A stretch of 64,000 nucleotides of DNA, taken from assembly GCA_030390025.1 (NCBI GenBank), contig JASTWF010000034.1:4650001-4714000 (forward strand), read 5' to 3'. The translations under genes and the position numbers were made by a program. Origin of the DNA: Squalus acanthias (Eukaryota). Below are positions 13,160 through 24,613 of this stretch, in pieces. Position 1 is the first letter of the stretch, and the number at the start of each line of letters is the position of its first letter. The notes under the pieces are model-generated. The model was not told the DNA's origin. It saw nothing but the letters and a program-made list of their open reading frames with translations, and did not search any database.

Positions 13160-13263
13160 ACAGTTCTGACGAAGGGCCCTGGACCCGAAACGTTGACTCT
13201 GTTTCTCTCTGCTCGATGCTGCCTGACCTACTGAGTGTTTCCGACATGTTCTGTTGTTATTCC
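13160..13263 (+). ncRNA. Solo Penelope-like terminal repeat with minimal hammerhead ribozyme motif
   Basis: AGTT-CTGACGA-AGGGCCCTGGACCC-GAAACGTT-GACT matches the CUGANGA/stem II/GAAA/palindromic stem III layout. The downstream sequence is homologous to the Penelope 3' end at 23340-23445. Confidence 0.65.
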
Positions 13264-13728
13264 TGTAATAAGTATGTACAATACACCCAAACACACAAAT
13301 AATAATTAAATCACAATGTGACAGTGAGGATCGATTATCACCTCACTGAGCTACGGTGCCCACCGGGCACCTCAGGTAATGATACAGAGGCTGCAACCTC
13401 TCACACTGAAAATACATATGGATCATGGACTCCTCAAGGCCGTAAAAACACGGCTGGAATTGTGCCTACCTGGCAGGTCCGGTGCGGGCGGTGGCAATCG
13501 CGGGTCGTCAGCCCGCTGCTGAAAATGACTTTACGTTAGTCGGACCTATTGAGCCCACCCAGCGTGTTACCCGGTCCAATTAAATGATGCGGGTCTGGAC
13601 TGTTGACATCGTTGATTAAGCGTTTTCAGCCGGGATCTTTAAGGGGCCATGGCCACATTGGACTTGAATGTCAATGTAACATACTGCTGTCAGTGCACTA
13701 CAGCATTGGATTGCTGCAAACACTAACA

Positions 13729-15270
13729 ATGACTGCACAGAGGCAGAGGGCTGCACCCAGGTTGTCTGATGGCTCCCTCCATATGCTTATGAAGGGAGTC
13801 AAAGCATTCAGGGTGGTCCTCTTCTCTTCCAATGGACAGATGTGACCTCCCCAGGACACTAAAACAGCCTGGTTGGAGATTGCAGAGGGGGTCACCAGCA
13901 GGGATGTTGTCAGCAAGACCTGGGTGCAGTGCCGCAAACGTTACAATGATCTCATTAGATCAGGAAACGTGAGTACAAAGCCACACTCACCTTCCTCTTG
14001 CTATGCCTCTCATCACACCCCCATCACTCTGCCTTCCCAACCCTACCCCTGCACATTCTTACTCACACCAACATACCCTGCACGTCCACCCGTCCCTCTC
14101 TTTCTATTTACATTATCACATCCCCATTTCAATAGCCACCGCTCACACTGACACTCACCCTTGTGCAATCATACCAACTAACAACACACAAGGAGGCCAC
14201 TTGTATTTGGCACCCCACTCCATCATAGTCACCATCTAAATATCTACCACATCCATTCCTTACATTCATTCCATCAGTCTCACTCAAACTTCTCTTTTTT
14301 CCCTCCTTGCAGGAAAAGAGAGCCCACAATAACAGGGAGAAGGGGTGAACCGGCGGTGTCAGTCCATCATTTACAAACCTTACAATAGCAGAGGAGGCTG
14401 CTTTAGAAATATCTGGAGTCGCTGAGCAGCTGGAGGTGGGAGATGGAGCGAGGGGGACATCTCAGCAACCGGGTGACAGAATTACATATCATACAGCAAC
14501 ATGGCATACATCCATCACTCAAATGGGCACTGATCTCACTGAATGGTCATCATGTACATAATGGTATCTGTACCCATTGTTCATATGACATATCTAACTC
14601 ATATCTTCACTCTCCCACAGGTCCATCAAGAGTTTCCCCCCCCCCTCCAATGTCCAGGAGGAAGAGGAAGATGACTCCTCAGAGGAGCCTCAGCCGCTGA
14701 GGGTTCACCATCACAAGAATTAGATAGAGTAGTGTTGTCAACTGGTGTCTCCCAATTCACAAGTGTGCAAGAGGAGATGGTGGAGAGAGGGAGAGCAGTG
14801 GAGTCTCCTTGCTAGAGGGCGCAGGACGCTCCCAGCTCTGCTCAGCTGCATGCAGACGCTGAGCCTCGGGGGCCATCTAGAAAGAGGGCGACCCTGGAGA
14901 TGCAGCAAGAAGTGCAGGGGGCTCTGACAGGTATTGCGAGCGCGATGTCTGCAAATTTTCAGAGAATGGAGTAGTCAATCACCAACATGAGCACCACCTT
15001 GTCACAGGCGATGGTGACTGTAGGCTCCTCCATGGATAGGATGGGCAGCTGCATGGAGCAGCTAATGCGCCACTCAGAGGAGCACATGGTCTTTATGGAG
15101 GATAGATGGCTATTTATAGAGAATAGATGGCAGAGGCTCATAGACCTCCTCTCTAACAGGGATGTCAGCATAGACGTGGGTCCTCATGGCCTCACTGCTG
15201 TGCAATAAGGTGCTCTACACCTCCTTGGCAGCAGGGAAGTGAGCAGGCTGCCTTTACCTCTGCTGAAGCC
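13729..15270 (+). pseudogene. Myb/SANT-like DNA-binding protein gene of Harbinger type, 3 exons (13729-13968, 14313-14472, 14621-~15270), with premature stops
   Basis: MTAQRQRAAPRLSDGSL...AWLEIAEGVTSRDVVSKTWVQCRKRYNDL, then GTGAGT donor and TTGCAG acceptor, EKRAHN...TGG. In-frame TGA at 13843-13845 and in exon 2. Confidence 0.8.
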
Positions 15271-15321
15271 ACAGGGCTATCTCCTCGTAGATGCATGCAG
15301 AAGAGAAAGATGACACAGAAG

Positions 15322-15998
15322 TTTAAGAGCTTTATGATCTCTCAGAGTTCTTGGACAAGACACCAATAGGCAGCAGCCAGTATGTTTGATCAATAGATAA
15401 AGATTTATTAAGCTTACAGCGTAATAGACTGAACAGCAGGCGATAGTTTAACGAGTAGCTCGCAGCCCTTGGACTCTGGAACCTCTCGGACACAAGTGAC
15501 GTCGTCTTCAGTCCGTTCCTTTGTTCTTGCAGTGGGTCTGTGTAATGTTGTTGTTCCAGTTTTCAGTGTTTAACCCATTTCTTATCAAAAGTTCGTTTGG
15601 TCTTTGTCCATATATGGTCTTTAACAAAATCACTATTTTAATTGGTTCTAATGAACAAAATACCATTGTCACTCAGACTATGTTTAGCATCCTGGCGTCA
15701 CCTTTCCAGTATTTTTCCTACAACGTTACCCTGTTCATCGTTATCTTGTTTATAGTTCTTCACCCCATTGGAATTGACCTTATCTCTCACATTTCTAGCT
15801 TCCCTGGTACAGGCAGTACAAGAACTCATAAACTGCGTAAGCTGCGATACTGTCCGTTATCAGAGCTAGTCTTGACTAGTCCTGGCTGTCTTTGCAGTTA
15901 CATTTTGAGCAAGCCTCAGCAATTTATGCACAAGTCATTACAGGTCACACTGAATATAGATATTTGGTTAATGTGAAGATCACTATTCTACACTCACA
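15322..15998 (-). mobile_element. Probable solo LTR inserted in the Harbinger element
   Basis: The mirror copy 24614-25290 begins TG and ends CA with short inverted termini and has AATAAA ~90 bp from its end. No clear target-site duplication. Confidence 0.45.
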
Positions 15999-17127
15999 CT
16001 AAAACATGTTATTGCTAAAAACAACCAAGTATCAGTCTTTTCTACACACGTATGATTCACAAGGGTAGCCACTTGGGTGTTTTATCGAATGTTTATGTAA
16101 AGTTTCCATTAATGTGCTGTCAAACATCAAAATCCATATTTTCAACACTTTCCGGTCTTGGACAGATGTGTGTGCACCTTTGCAAGTGGGTTCATGAGTT
16201 GCAGTGAATGGTGAGACATAACGGTACCTCCAGCAATGGTGGTGAGTGTGAAAGGAATGCCTTGGTCTTTGCAGGGATGCTTTTCGGTGTTGCTGTGGGG
16301 TAGTGCCATCCTGGAGCATCATATGGCAGCTGTAAGGGTGTACAGCATCAAGTGAAGTAAATCTGGCCATGGTGAGCACAGCCCTAGCCTGCCGGACAGC
16401 AATGTGCTCGGGTGCTGATGCGCTCTGTCCTCTGCAGCATCAAGTAATTGCGGAGAATGTTGGTGTTGTTGGTGCTGATGGTGTGCCTGATGCTGCTGGT
16501 GTTGGGGCTCATCGTGATCAGATTCTGAGGACCAAGGTGAGACAGTATAAACGGCATCCATGCTGATGGAATCGATGGCAGGTGAAGTAGAGATGACAGA
16601 AGCAATCTGACAATGTGGGAGAGGTTCCTCCAATGAGGTGACACTGGATGGAGACTTTGCTGGAAAGACTGCAGCCTGCAGAATCTGTGCTGGGAATGCA
16701 ATGAGAAACAGCTTCTGCTGAGGAAAGTGATCATCTGTCAGGTGGGAGTTTTTATACTATATTTGATGCTGACAAGTAATCAGCTGGAGCAATGGCCACT
16801 GAACTCCCGCCTCAGGTGGACAGACGTGGTTCCCGAACAGCGAGCATACCGTGGCCATCCTGTTCAATTTAAAAGGTAAGGTTAAAACCAGTCTTAAAGG
16901 TCTGACAACTAGCTACTGATAATTTAAACAGAAAATGGTGGAAATCAGCATTTTCTGTGGTGGTAGCGGGCGTGATCGGAGGCGGGTCCGGTGGGAAAGT
17001 TGTTATTTCTGTGAACGGGTCGGGACCCCACTGTCATCCCGCTCCCACGCACCTGTCCCCCAGGTGCGTCTGTCAGCGTGGATCCGCCCTGACCGGCAGA
17101 GGTGGGCGACCCAATTTCAATTATTGT

Positions 17128-18141
17128 ACAAAAGCAAAATACTGCGGATGCTGGAAATCTGAAATAACAACAGAAAATGCTGCAAGTACTCAGCAGGTCA
17201 GGCAGCATTTGTGGAGAGAGAATCAGACTTCATGTTTCAGGTCGAGGACCCTTCGTCAGAACTGGAAAAAGTTGGAGATGGAACAGGTTTTTAAGTCAGT
17301 CTAGGGGCAGGGAAAGGGGGAGGGGAGAAAAGAACAAATGTGAAGGTCTGTGATAGGATGGAAGGCAGGAGAGATTAAGAGACAAAAGGGATGATGGTGC
17401 AAGTCAAAAGGAGATGGTAATGGGACAAATTAAGAAACAAAAGATGACTCTAGATGAAGTGTAAATGGCAATGGCAGAATGATCGAGAGCTGCCGTGTGA
17501 GAGAGAGAAAAAATGAACAAAATGGTAGGAGCAGAGGTTATGGTCTGAAATTGTTCAACTCGATGTTGGATTCAGAAAACTGTAAAGTGCCTAATCGAAA
17601 GATGATGTGCTGATCCTTGAGCTTATGTTGAGCATCATTGGAACAGTAGAAGAGGCCGAGGATGGAGAGATCAGAGTGGGAGTGGAGCGGAGTTTAAGGT
17701 GACAGGCGACCGGAATCTCGGGGTCACACTTGCAGACTGAACAGAGGTGTTTCGCAAAGCGATCACCCAATGTACGTTTGGTCTCCACAGTGTACAGGAA
17801 ACTGCATCGTGAGCAGCGAATACAGTATACTAAATTGCAAGAAGTACAAGCAAATCGCTGTTTCACCTGAAAGGAGTGTTTGGGGCCCTGGACAGTGAGA
17901 AGGGAGGAGATAAAAGGGCAGGTGTTGCATCTCCTGTGCTTGCACGGGAAGGTGCCTGGCGAAGGGGAAGGGGTGTTGGCGGTGAAAGAGGAGTGGACCA
18001 GGGAGTCGCGGAGGGAGCGGTCCCTTCAGAATGCTGAAAGGGGAGGTGAGAGGAAGATGTGTTTGGTGGTGGGATCATGCTGGAGGTGGCGGAAATGGCG
18101 GAGGATGATCCGCTGAATGTGGAGGCTGGCGGGGTAAAAGG
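17128..18141 (-). mobile_element. Penelope-like element 3' part (GIY-YIG endonuclease region, hammerhead-type terminus, tail)
   Basis: FACTSCNLVYCIRCSRCSFLYTVETKRTLGDRFAKH; rc CTGACGAAGGGTCCTCGACCTGAAAC at ~17234-17259. Confidence 0.88.
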
Positions 18142-18149
18142 TTTTTTTT

Positions 18150-18236
18150 TTCAATATCCTCTCTGACCTTTCCCTCTCTGACCCCGAAGGCCGAGCTTCA
18201 TTCTCTTACGCCCCCAGTTCAATAAGTTTTAAGCTC
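18150..18236 (+). mobile_element. Penelope-like element N-terminal fragment (5' piece of the element resuming at 21409)
   Basis: Translates as FNILSDLSLSDPE...SFILLRPQFNKF, resembling the LSxxE..GLxFxP motif upstream of Penelope RT. Confidence 0.55.
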
Positions 18237-21200
18237 AGCATTCGGAACAAGGTGGATGAATTAGCTGCGCAAATACAGGTAAATTAACATGATTTGATTG
18301 GGATTACCGAAACAAGGCTCCAGGTTTGCCAAGGCTGGGAACTCAACATCCAGAGGTACTCAATATTCAGGAAAGATAGGCAAACTGGAAAGGGAGGTGG
18401 GGTAGCATTGCTGGTTAAACAGGGGATTAACACAATTGAAAGGAAGGATATTAGCTCTGATGATGTGGAATCTGTATGGGTTGAACTGAGAAATAACAAG
18501 GGGTAGAAAACGTTAGTGGGAGTGATATATAGATCTCCAAACAGTAATGCGGAGGTTGGGGATGGCATTAAAAGGGAAATTAGAGATGCGTTCAATGAGG
18601 GCACAGCAGTCATCATGGGTGACTTTAATCTACATATAGATTGGACTAACCAAATTAGTAACAATACTATGGAGGAGGAATGCCTGGAGTGTTTAGGGGA
18701 TGGTTTCCTGGACCAATATGTCGAGGAACCAACCAGAGATCAGGCCATCTTACACTGGGTATTATGCAATAAGAAAGGATTAATTAGCAATCTTGTTGTG
18801 CGAGGCCCCTTGGGTCGGAGCAATCATAATATGATAGAATTCTTCATTAGGATGGAGAGTGAAGTAGTTGACTCAGAGATTAGGGTCCTGAATTTGAATA
18901 AAGGAAACTAGGATGGTATAAGGTGCGAGTTGGGTAGGATTAATTTGGGAATGTCACTCAAAGGGTTGATTTGTGGATAGGCAATGGCAAACATTCAAGG
19001 ACTGCATGGACGACCTACAGAATTTGGTCATCCCAGTTTGGCATAAGAATAAAACAAAAAGGGTGACTCAACCGTGGCTAACAAGGGAAATTAGGGATAG
19101 CATAAGATCTAAGGAGAGGGCATATAAATTGGCCAGAAAAAGCAGTAACCCTGAGGATTGGGAGCAATTTAAGATTCAACAAAGGAGGACAAAGGGATTA
19201 ATTAAGAAAGGGAAAATAGAATATGAGAGTAAGCTTAAAGGGAACATTAAAACTGACTGTAAAAGCTTTTATAGATATGTGAAGAGAAAAAGATTAGTGA
19301 AATCAAGCATAGGTTCCTTGCAGTCACAATCAGGGGAACTTATAATGGGGAACAAAGAAATGTCACACCAAATAAATACATATTTTGGTTCTGTCTTCAC
19401 AAAGGAGGACACAAATAACCTCCCAGATATGTCGGGGAACATAGGGTCTAATGAGAGGGAGGAACTGAAAGAAATCAGTAATTGTAGGGAAATGGTGTTA
19501 GGGAAATTGACGGGATTGAAGGCCGATAAATCCCCAGGGCCTGATAATCTACATCCTAGGGTACTTAAGGAAGTGGCCCTGGAAATAGTAGATGCATTGC
19601 TGATCATCTTCCAACATTCGATGGAATCTGGAACAGTACCCATGGATTGGAGGGTAGCTAATGTTACCCCACTATTCAAAAAGGGTGATAGAGAGAAAAC
19701 ATGGAATTACAGACCGGTAAGCCTGACATCAGTAGTGGGGAAAATGCTAGAGTACATTATAAAAGATGTAATAGCAGAGCACTTGGAAAACAGTGACAGG
19801 ATCGGACAAAGTCAACATGGATTTACAAAACTTAAATCATGCTTGACTAATCTACTGGAACTCTTGAGGATGTAACTAATAAAATAGATAAGGGAGAAAC
19901 AGTAGATGTGGTGGATTTGGACTTGCAAAAGGCTTTTTAATAAGGTCCCGCATAAAAGATTAGCGTGTAAAGTTAAGGCATATGGGTTTGGGGGCAAGGT
20001 ATTGATTTGGATAGATAACTGTTTGGCAGACAGAAAGCAAACAGTTAGAATAAATGGGTCTTTTTCCGAGTGGCAGGCAGTGACTAGTGGGGTACCGCAG
20101 GGGTCGGTCCTTGGACCCCAGCTCTTCACAATATACATTAATGATCTAGTCAAGGGAACTGGATGTACTATCTCCAAGTTTGCAGACGACACAAAGCTGG
20201 GTGTGCTGCGAGGAGGATGCCGAGAAACTCCAGGATGATTTGGACAGGTTGGGTGATTGGGCAGCAGCGTGGCAGATGCAATATAACGTGGATAAATGCG
20301 AGGCTATCTACTTTGGTGTCAAAAGCAGAAAGTCAGATTATTATCTCAATGGCAATAGATTGGGAGAAGGGGAATTGCAACGACCTGGGTGTCCTTGTGC
20401 ACCAGTCGCTGAAGGTAAGCATGCAGGTGCAGCAGGCGGTTAAGAAGGTAAATGGCATGTTGGCCTTCATAGCGAGAGGGTTTGAGTACAGGATCAAGGA
20501 TGTCTTGCTGCAGCTGTACAGGGCCTTGGTGAGACCACACCTTGAGTACTGTGTGCAGTTTTGGTCGCCTTATCTGAGGAGGGATGTTCTTGCCATGGAA
20601 GGAGTTCAGCGAAGATTCACAAGGCTGATACTCGGGATGGCAGGAATGACATATGAAGAGAAATTGGTTTGATACTCACAGAATCCCCACAGTGCAGATA
20701 GAGGCCATTTCGGCCCATCGAGCCTGCACTGACACATATCCCACCCTATCCCCGTAACCCCACGTGTTTAATCCCATCCTAACACTAAGGGTCAATTTAT
20801 CATAGCCAAATCAACCTAACCCGCACATCTTTGGACTGTGGGAGGAAACCGGAGCACCCGGAGGAAACCCACGCAGACACGGGGAGAATGTGCAAACTCC
20901 ACACAGACAGTCACCTGGGTCCGGATTCGAACCCGGGTCCCTAGCGCTGTGAGGCAACAGTGCTAACCACTATGCCACCGTACTCGCTGGAGTTTAGAAG
21001 AATGAGAGGGGTTCTCATTGAAACTTATAAAATTCTGACAGGACAGGAAAAACTAGATGCAGGAAGGATGTTTCCAATGGTCGGGGAGTCCAGAACCAGG
21101 AGTCACAGTCGAAGGATAAGGGGTAAGCCAGTTAGGACAGAAATGAGGAGGAATTTCTTCACCCTGAGAGGGGAGAACCTGTGTAATTCTCTGCCACAGA

Positions 21201-21408
21201 AGGCAGTAGAGGCCAATTCATTAAATATATTCAAGCAGGAGTTGGATATATTTCATAATGCTAAAGGGTTCAAGGGATATGGGGAGAAAGCAGGGACAGG
21301 GTACTGAATTTGGATGATCAGCCATGATCGCATTGAATGGCAGAGCAGGCTAGAGGGGCCGAATGGCCTACTCCTTCTTCTATCTTCTATGAGTCTATGA
21401 GTCTATGA
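18237..21408 (+). mobile_element. CR1 LINE ORF2, degenerate, inserted in the Penelope element within the palindrome spacer
   Basis: [56 protein letters not shown]; (GAGTCTAT)n tail ending ~21408. Confidence 0.95.
20678..20980 (-). mobile_element. tRNA-derived SINE (HE1/V-SINE type) nested in CR1
   Basis: A box TGGCATAGTGG, B box GGTTCGAATCC, V-domain-like TGCGTGGGTTTCCTCCGGGTGCTCCGGTTTCCTCCCACA. Flanked by TACTC direct repeats at 20673-20677 and 20981-20985. Confidence 0.9.
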
Positions 21409-23477
21409 GATCCAAACCCCAACATTGTCATTAAACCTGCTGACAAGGGTGGTGCTGCTGTTGTTTGGCGAACCGACCTCTACCGTGCGGAGGCTGAACG
21501 CCAATCTCCGACACCTCCTCCTCTGACCTCCGCCTGGACAATGGCCCCACCACCGAACATCAAGCCACCATTTCCTAGACTATCACTGGCCTCATCTCCT
21601 CTGGAGATCTTCCCTCCACGGCCGACAGCCTCATAATTCCCCAACCCCGCACAGCCCTCTTCTACCTCCTTCCCTAGATCCACAAACAGGTCTCCTGGTA
21701 GACGCATCGTTTTAGCCTGTCCTTGCCCCACGGAAAGTAACTCTTCCGATCTCGACTCTATTTTTTCTCCACTTGTCCACTCTCTTCCCTCTACATCCGC
21801 GACTCTTCCGACGCCCACTGCCACTTTAACAGTTTCCAGTTTCCTGGCCCCAACCGTCTCCATTTCACAATGGATGTCCAATCCCTCTACACCTCCATCC
21901 CCCACCAGGACGGCCTGAGGGCTCTCCGTTTCTTCCTTGAACAGAGGCCCAACCAGTCCCGATCCACCACCACCCTCCTCCGCCTGGCTGAACTTCTTCT
22001 CACATTGAACAACTTCTCCTTTGACTCCTCTCAGTTCCTCCAAATCAGAGGTGTTGCTATGGGAACCCGTATGGGTCCCAGCTATGCCTGCCTTTTCGTG
22101 GGATATGTGGAACATTCTTTGTTCCAGTCCTACTTAGATCCCCGCCCTCACCTCTTTTTCTGGTACATTGATGAATGTATCGGTGCTTTTTTACTGCTCT
22201 CGCCCTGAACTAGAAAATGTCATTCCCTTTGCTTCCAATCTCCACCCTTCCCTCACCTTCACATGGTCCATCTGTGGCTCTTCCCTGCCCTTCCTTGACT
22301 TCCCCGTCTCCATCTCTGGGGATAGGTTATTAACAAACATTCACTGTAAGCCCACTGACTCCCACAGCTACCTGGACTACACTTCCTCACACCCCGCTTC
22401 CTGTTAGGACTCTATTCCATTCTTCCAATTTATCTGTCTCCTCTGCATCTGCTCTGACGATGCCACCTTCCATACTAGTGCTTCCGACATGTCTTCCTTT
22501 TTCAACAACCGAGGATTCCGCTCTACTGTGGTTGACACGGCCCTTGACCGTGTCCGTTCTATTTCCCGCACTTCTGCTATCACCCCTTTCCCTCCCTCCT
22601 GGAACCACGATAGGGTTCCCCTTGTCCTCATCTTTCACCCCACCAGCCTCCACATTCAACAGATCATCCTCCGCCATTTCCGCCACCTCTAGCGTGATCC
22701 CTTTCAGCATTCCAAAGGGAATACTCTCTCCAAAACATCCTGGCCCACTCCTCTATCACCCCCAACAACCCGCTGCACTTCCCACGGCAGCTTCCATGGA
22801 AGCCTGTACACTGGGGAGATCAAACGCACATTGGGTGACCGCTTTGCGGAACACCTCCCTGCAGTCTGTAAGGGTGATCCCGAGCTTCCGGTCGCCTGTC
22901 ACCTTAATTCTCCGCTCCACTCCCACTCTGACCTCTCCGTCCTCGGCCTCTTATACTGTTCCAATGATGCTCAACGTAAGCTCAAGGATCAGCACCTCAT
23001 CTTTCGATTAGGCACTTTACAGCTTACTGGACTCAACAATAATTTCAACAATTTCAGACCATAACCTCTGCCCCTACCATTTTGTTCATGTTTTCTCTCT
23101 CTCACATGGCAGCTGTCGATCATTCTGCCATTGCCATTTACACTTCATCTAGAGTCATCTTTTGTTTCTTAACTTGTCCCATTACCATCTCCTTTTGCCT
23201 TGCACCATCATCCCTTTTGTCTCTTAATCTCTCCTGCCTTCCATCCTAACACAGACCTTCACATTTGTTCTTTCCTCCCCTCCCCCCTTTCCCTGCCTCT
23301 ACACCTGCTTAAAAACCTGTTCCATCTCCAACTTTTTCCAGTTCTGACGAAGGGTCATCGACCTGAAACATGAACTCTGATTCTCTCTCCACAAATGCTG
23401 CCTGACCTGCTGAGTACTTCCAGCATTTTCTACTTCTACTTCAGATTTCCAGCATCCGCAGTATTTTGCTTTTGTAC
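21409..23477 (+). mobile_element. Penelope-like element (RT, partly deleted GIY-YIG, hammerhead-type 3' terminus), degenerate
   Basis: NIVIKPADKGGA, MDVQSLYTSIPH, GVAMGTRMGPSYACLF, WYIDE, LPFLD, KPTDSHSYL, LGDRFAEH; CTGACGAAGGGTCATCGACCTGAAAC at ~23344. Confidence 0.92.
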
Positions 23478-24613
23478 TAATAATTGAAATTGGATCGCTC
23501 GCCTCTGCCGGTCAGGGCGGATCCACGCTGATAGACGCACCTGGGGGACAGGCGCGTGGGAGCGGGATGACAGTGGGGTCCCGACCCGTTCGCAGAAATT
23601 ACAACTTTCCCACCGGACCCGCCTCCGATCGCGCCCGCTACCACCCCAGAAAATGAGTATTTCCAGCATTTTCTGTTTAAATTATTAGTAGTTAGCTGTC
23701 AGACCTTTAACAGTGGGTTTAACCTTACCTTTTAAATTGAACTGGATGGCCACGGGTTGCTCGCTGTTCGGGAACCACGTGTGTCAACCTGAGGCAGGAG
23801 TTCAGTGGCCATTGCTCCAGCTGATTACTTGTCAGCATCAAATGTAGTATAAAAATTACCACCTGACTAATGATCACCTTCCTCAGCAGAAGCTGTTTCT
23901 CACGGCATTCTCAGCACAGATTCTGCAGGCTGCAGTCTTTCCAGCAAAGTCTCCATCCAGTGTCACCTCATTGGGAGAACCTTTCCCACATTGACAGATT
24001 GCTTCTGTCATCTCTACTTCACCTGCCATCTATTCCATCAGCATGGATGCCGTTTATACTCTCTCACCTTGGTCCTCAGAATCTGATCACGATGAGCCCC
24101 AACACCAGCAGCGCCAGGCACACCATCAGCACCAACAACACCACCAACCTTCTCCGCAATCACTTGATGCTGCAGAGGACAGAGCGCATCAGCACCCGAG
24201 AACATTGCTGTCCGGCAGGCCAGGGCTGGCTCACCATGGCCAGATTTACTTCACTTGACGCTGTACACCCTTACAGCTGCCACATGATGCTCCAGGTTGG
24301 CACCACCCCACAGCAACACCGTAAAGCATCCCTGCAATGACCAAGCCATTCCTTTCACACTCACCACCATTGCTGGAGGTACCGTTATGTCCCACCATTC
24401 ACTGCAACTCATTAATCCACTTGCAAAGGTGCACACACATCTGTCCAAGACCGGAAAGTGTTGAAAATATGGATTTTGATGTTTGACAGCACATTAATGG
24501 AAACTTTACATAAACATTCGATAAAACACCCAAGTGGCTACCCTTGTGAATTATACTTGTGTAGAAAAGACTGATACTTGGATGTTTTTAGTAATAACAT
24601 GTATAAGTATAAG

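Larger units (their letters stand above)
13451..17120. mobile_element. Defective PIF/Harbinger-type DNA transposon (Myb/SANT gene on +, probable internally deleted transposase remnant on -)
   Basis: Myb/SANT-like gene inside; GC-rich subterminal regions with loose inverted similarity (GGAATTGTGCCTACC..CCGGTGCGGGCGG vs rc GAAATTGGGTCGCCCACC..CCGGTCAGGGCGG); convergent Gln/His-rich ORF at 16319-16633. No DDE core seen. Confidence 0.7.
1..18141. repeat. Left arm of giant inverted segmental duplication (palindrome); truncated by window start
   Basis: Bases 1-100 are the reverse complement of ~40788-40887 (about 5 mismatches by hand). The same order of elements and near-identical ORF translations recur on the opposite strand, e.g. 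13318..13539+ vs 27068..27289-, 7094..7282- vs 32695..32883+, 2458..2643- vs 38235..38420+. Confidence 0.97.

Noticed and set aside
15521..15976. 151-aa hydrophobic ORF as a membrane protein
   Set aside because: Non-ATG start, lies antisense in an LTR-like sequence, and is frameshifted in the mirror copy.
20915..20980. tRNA gene
   Set aside because: It is the tRNA-derived head of a SINE, continuous with the SINE body and flanked by a TSD.
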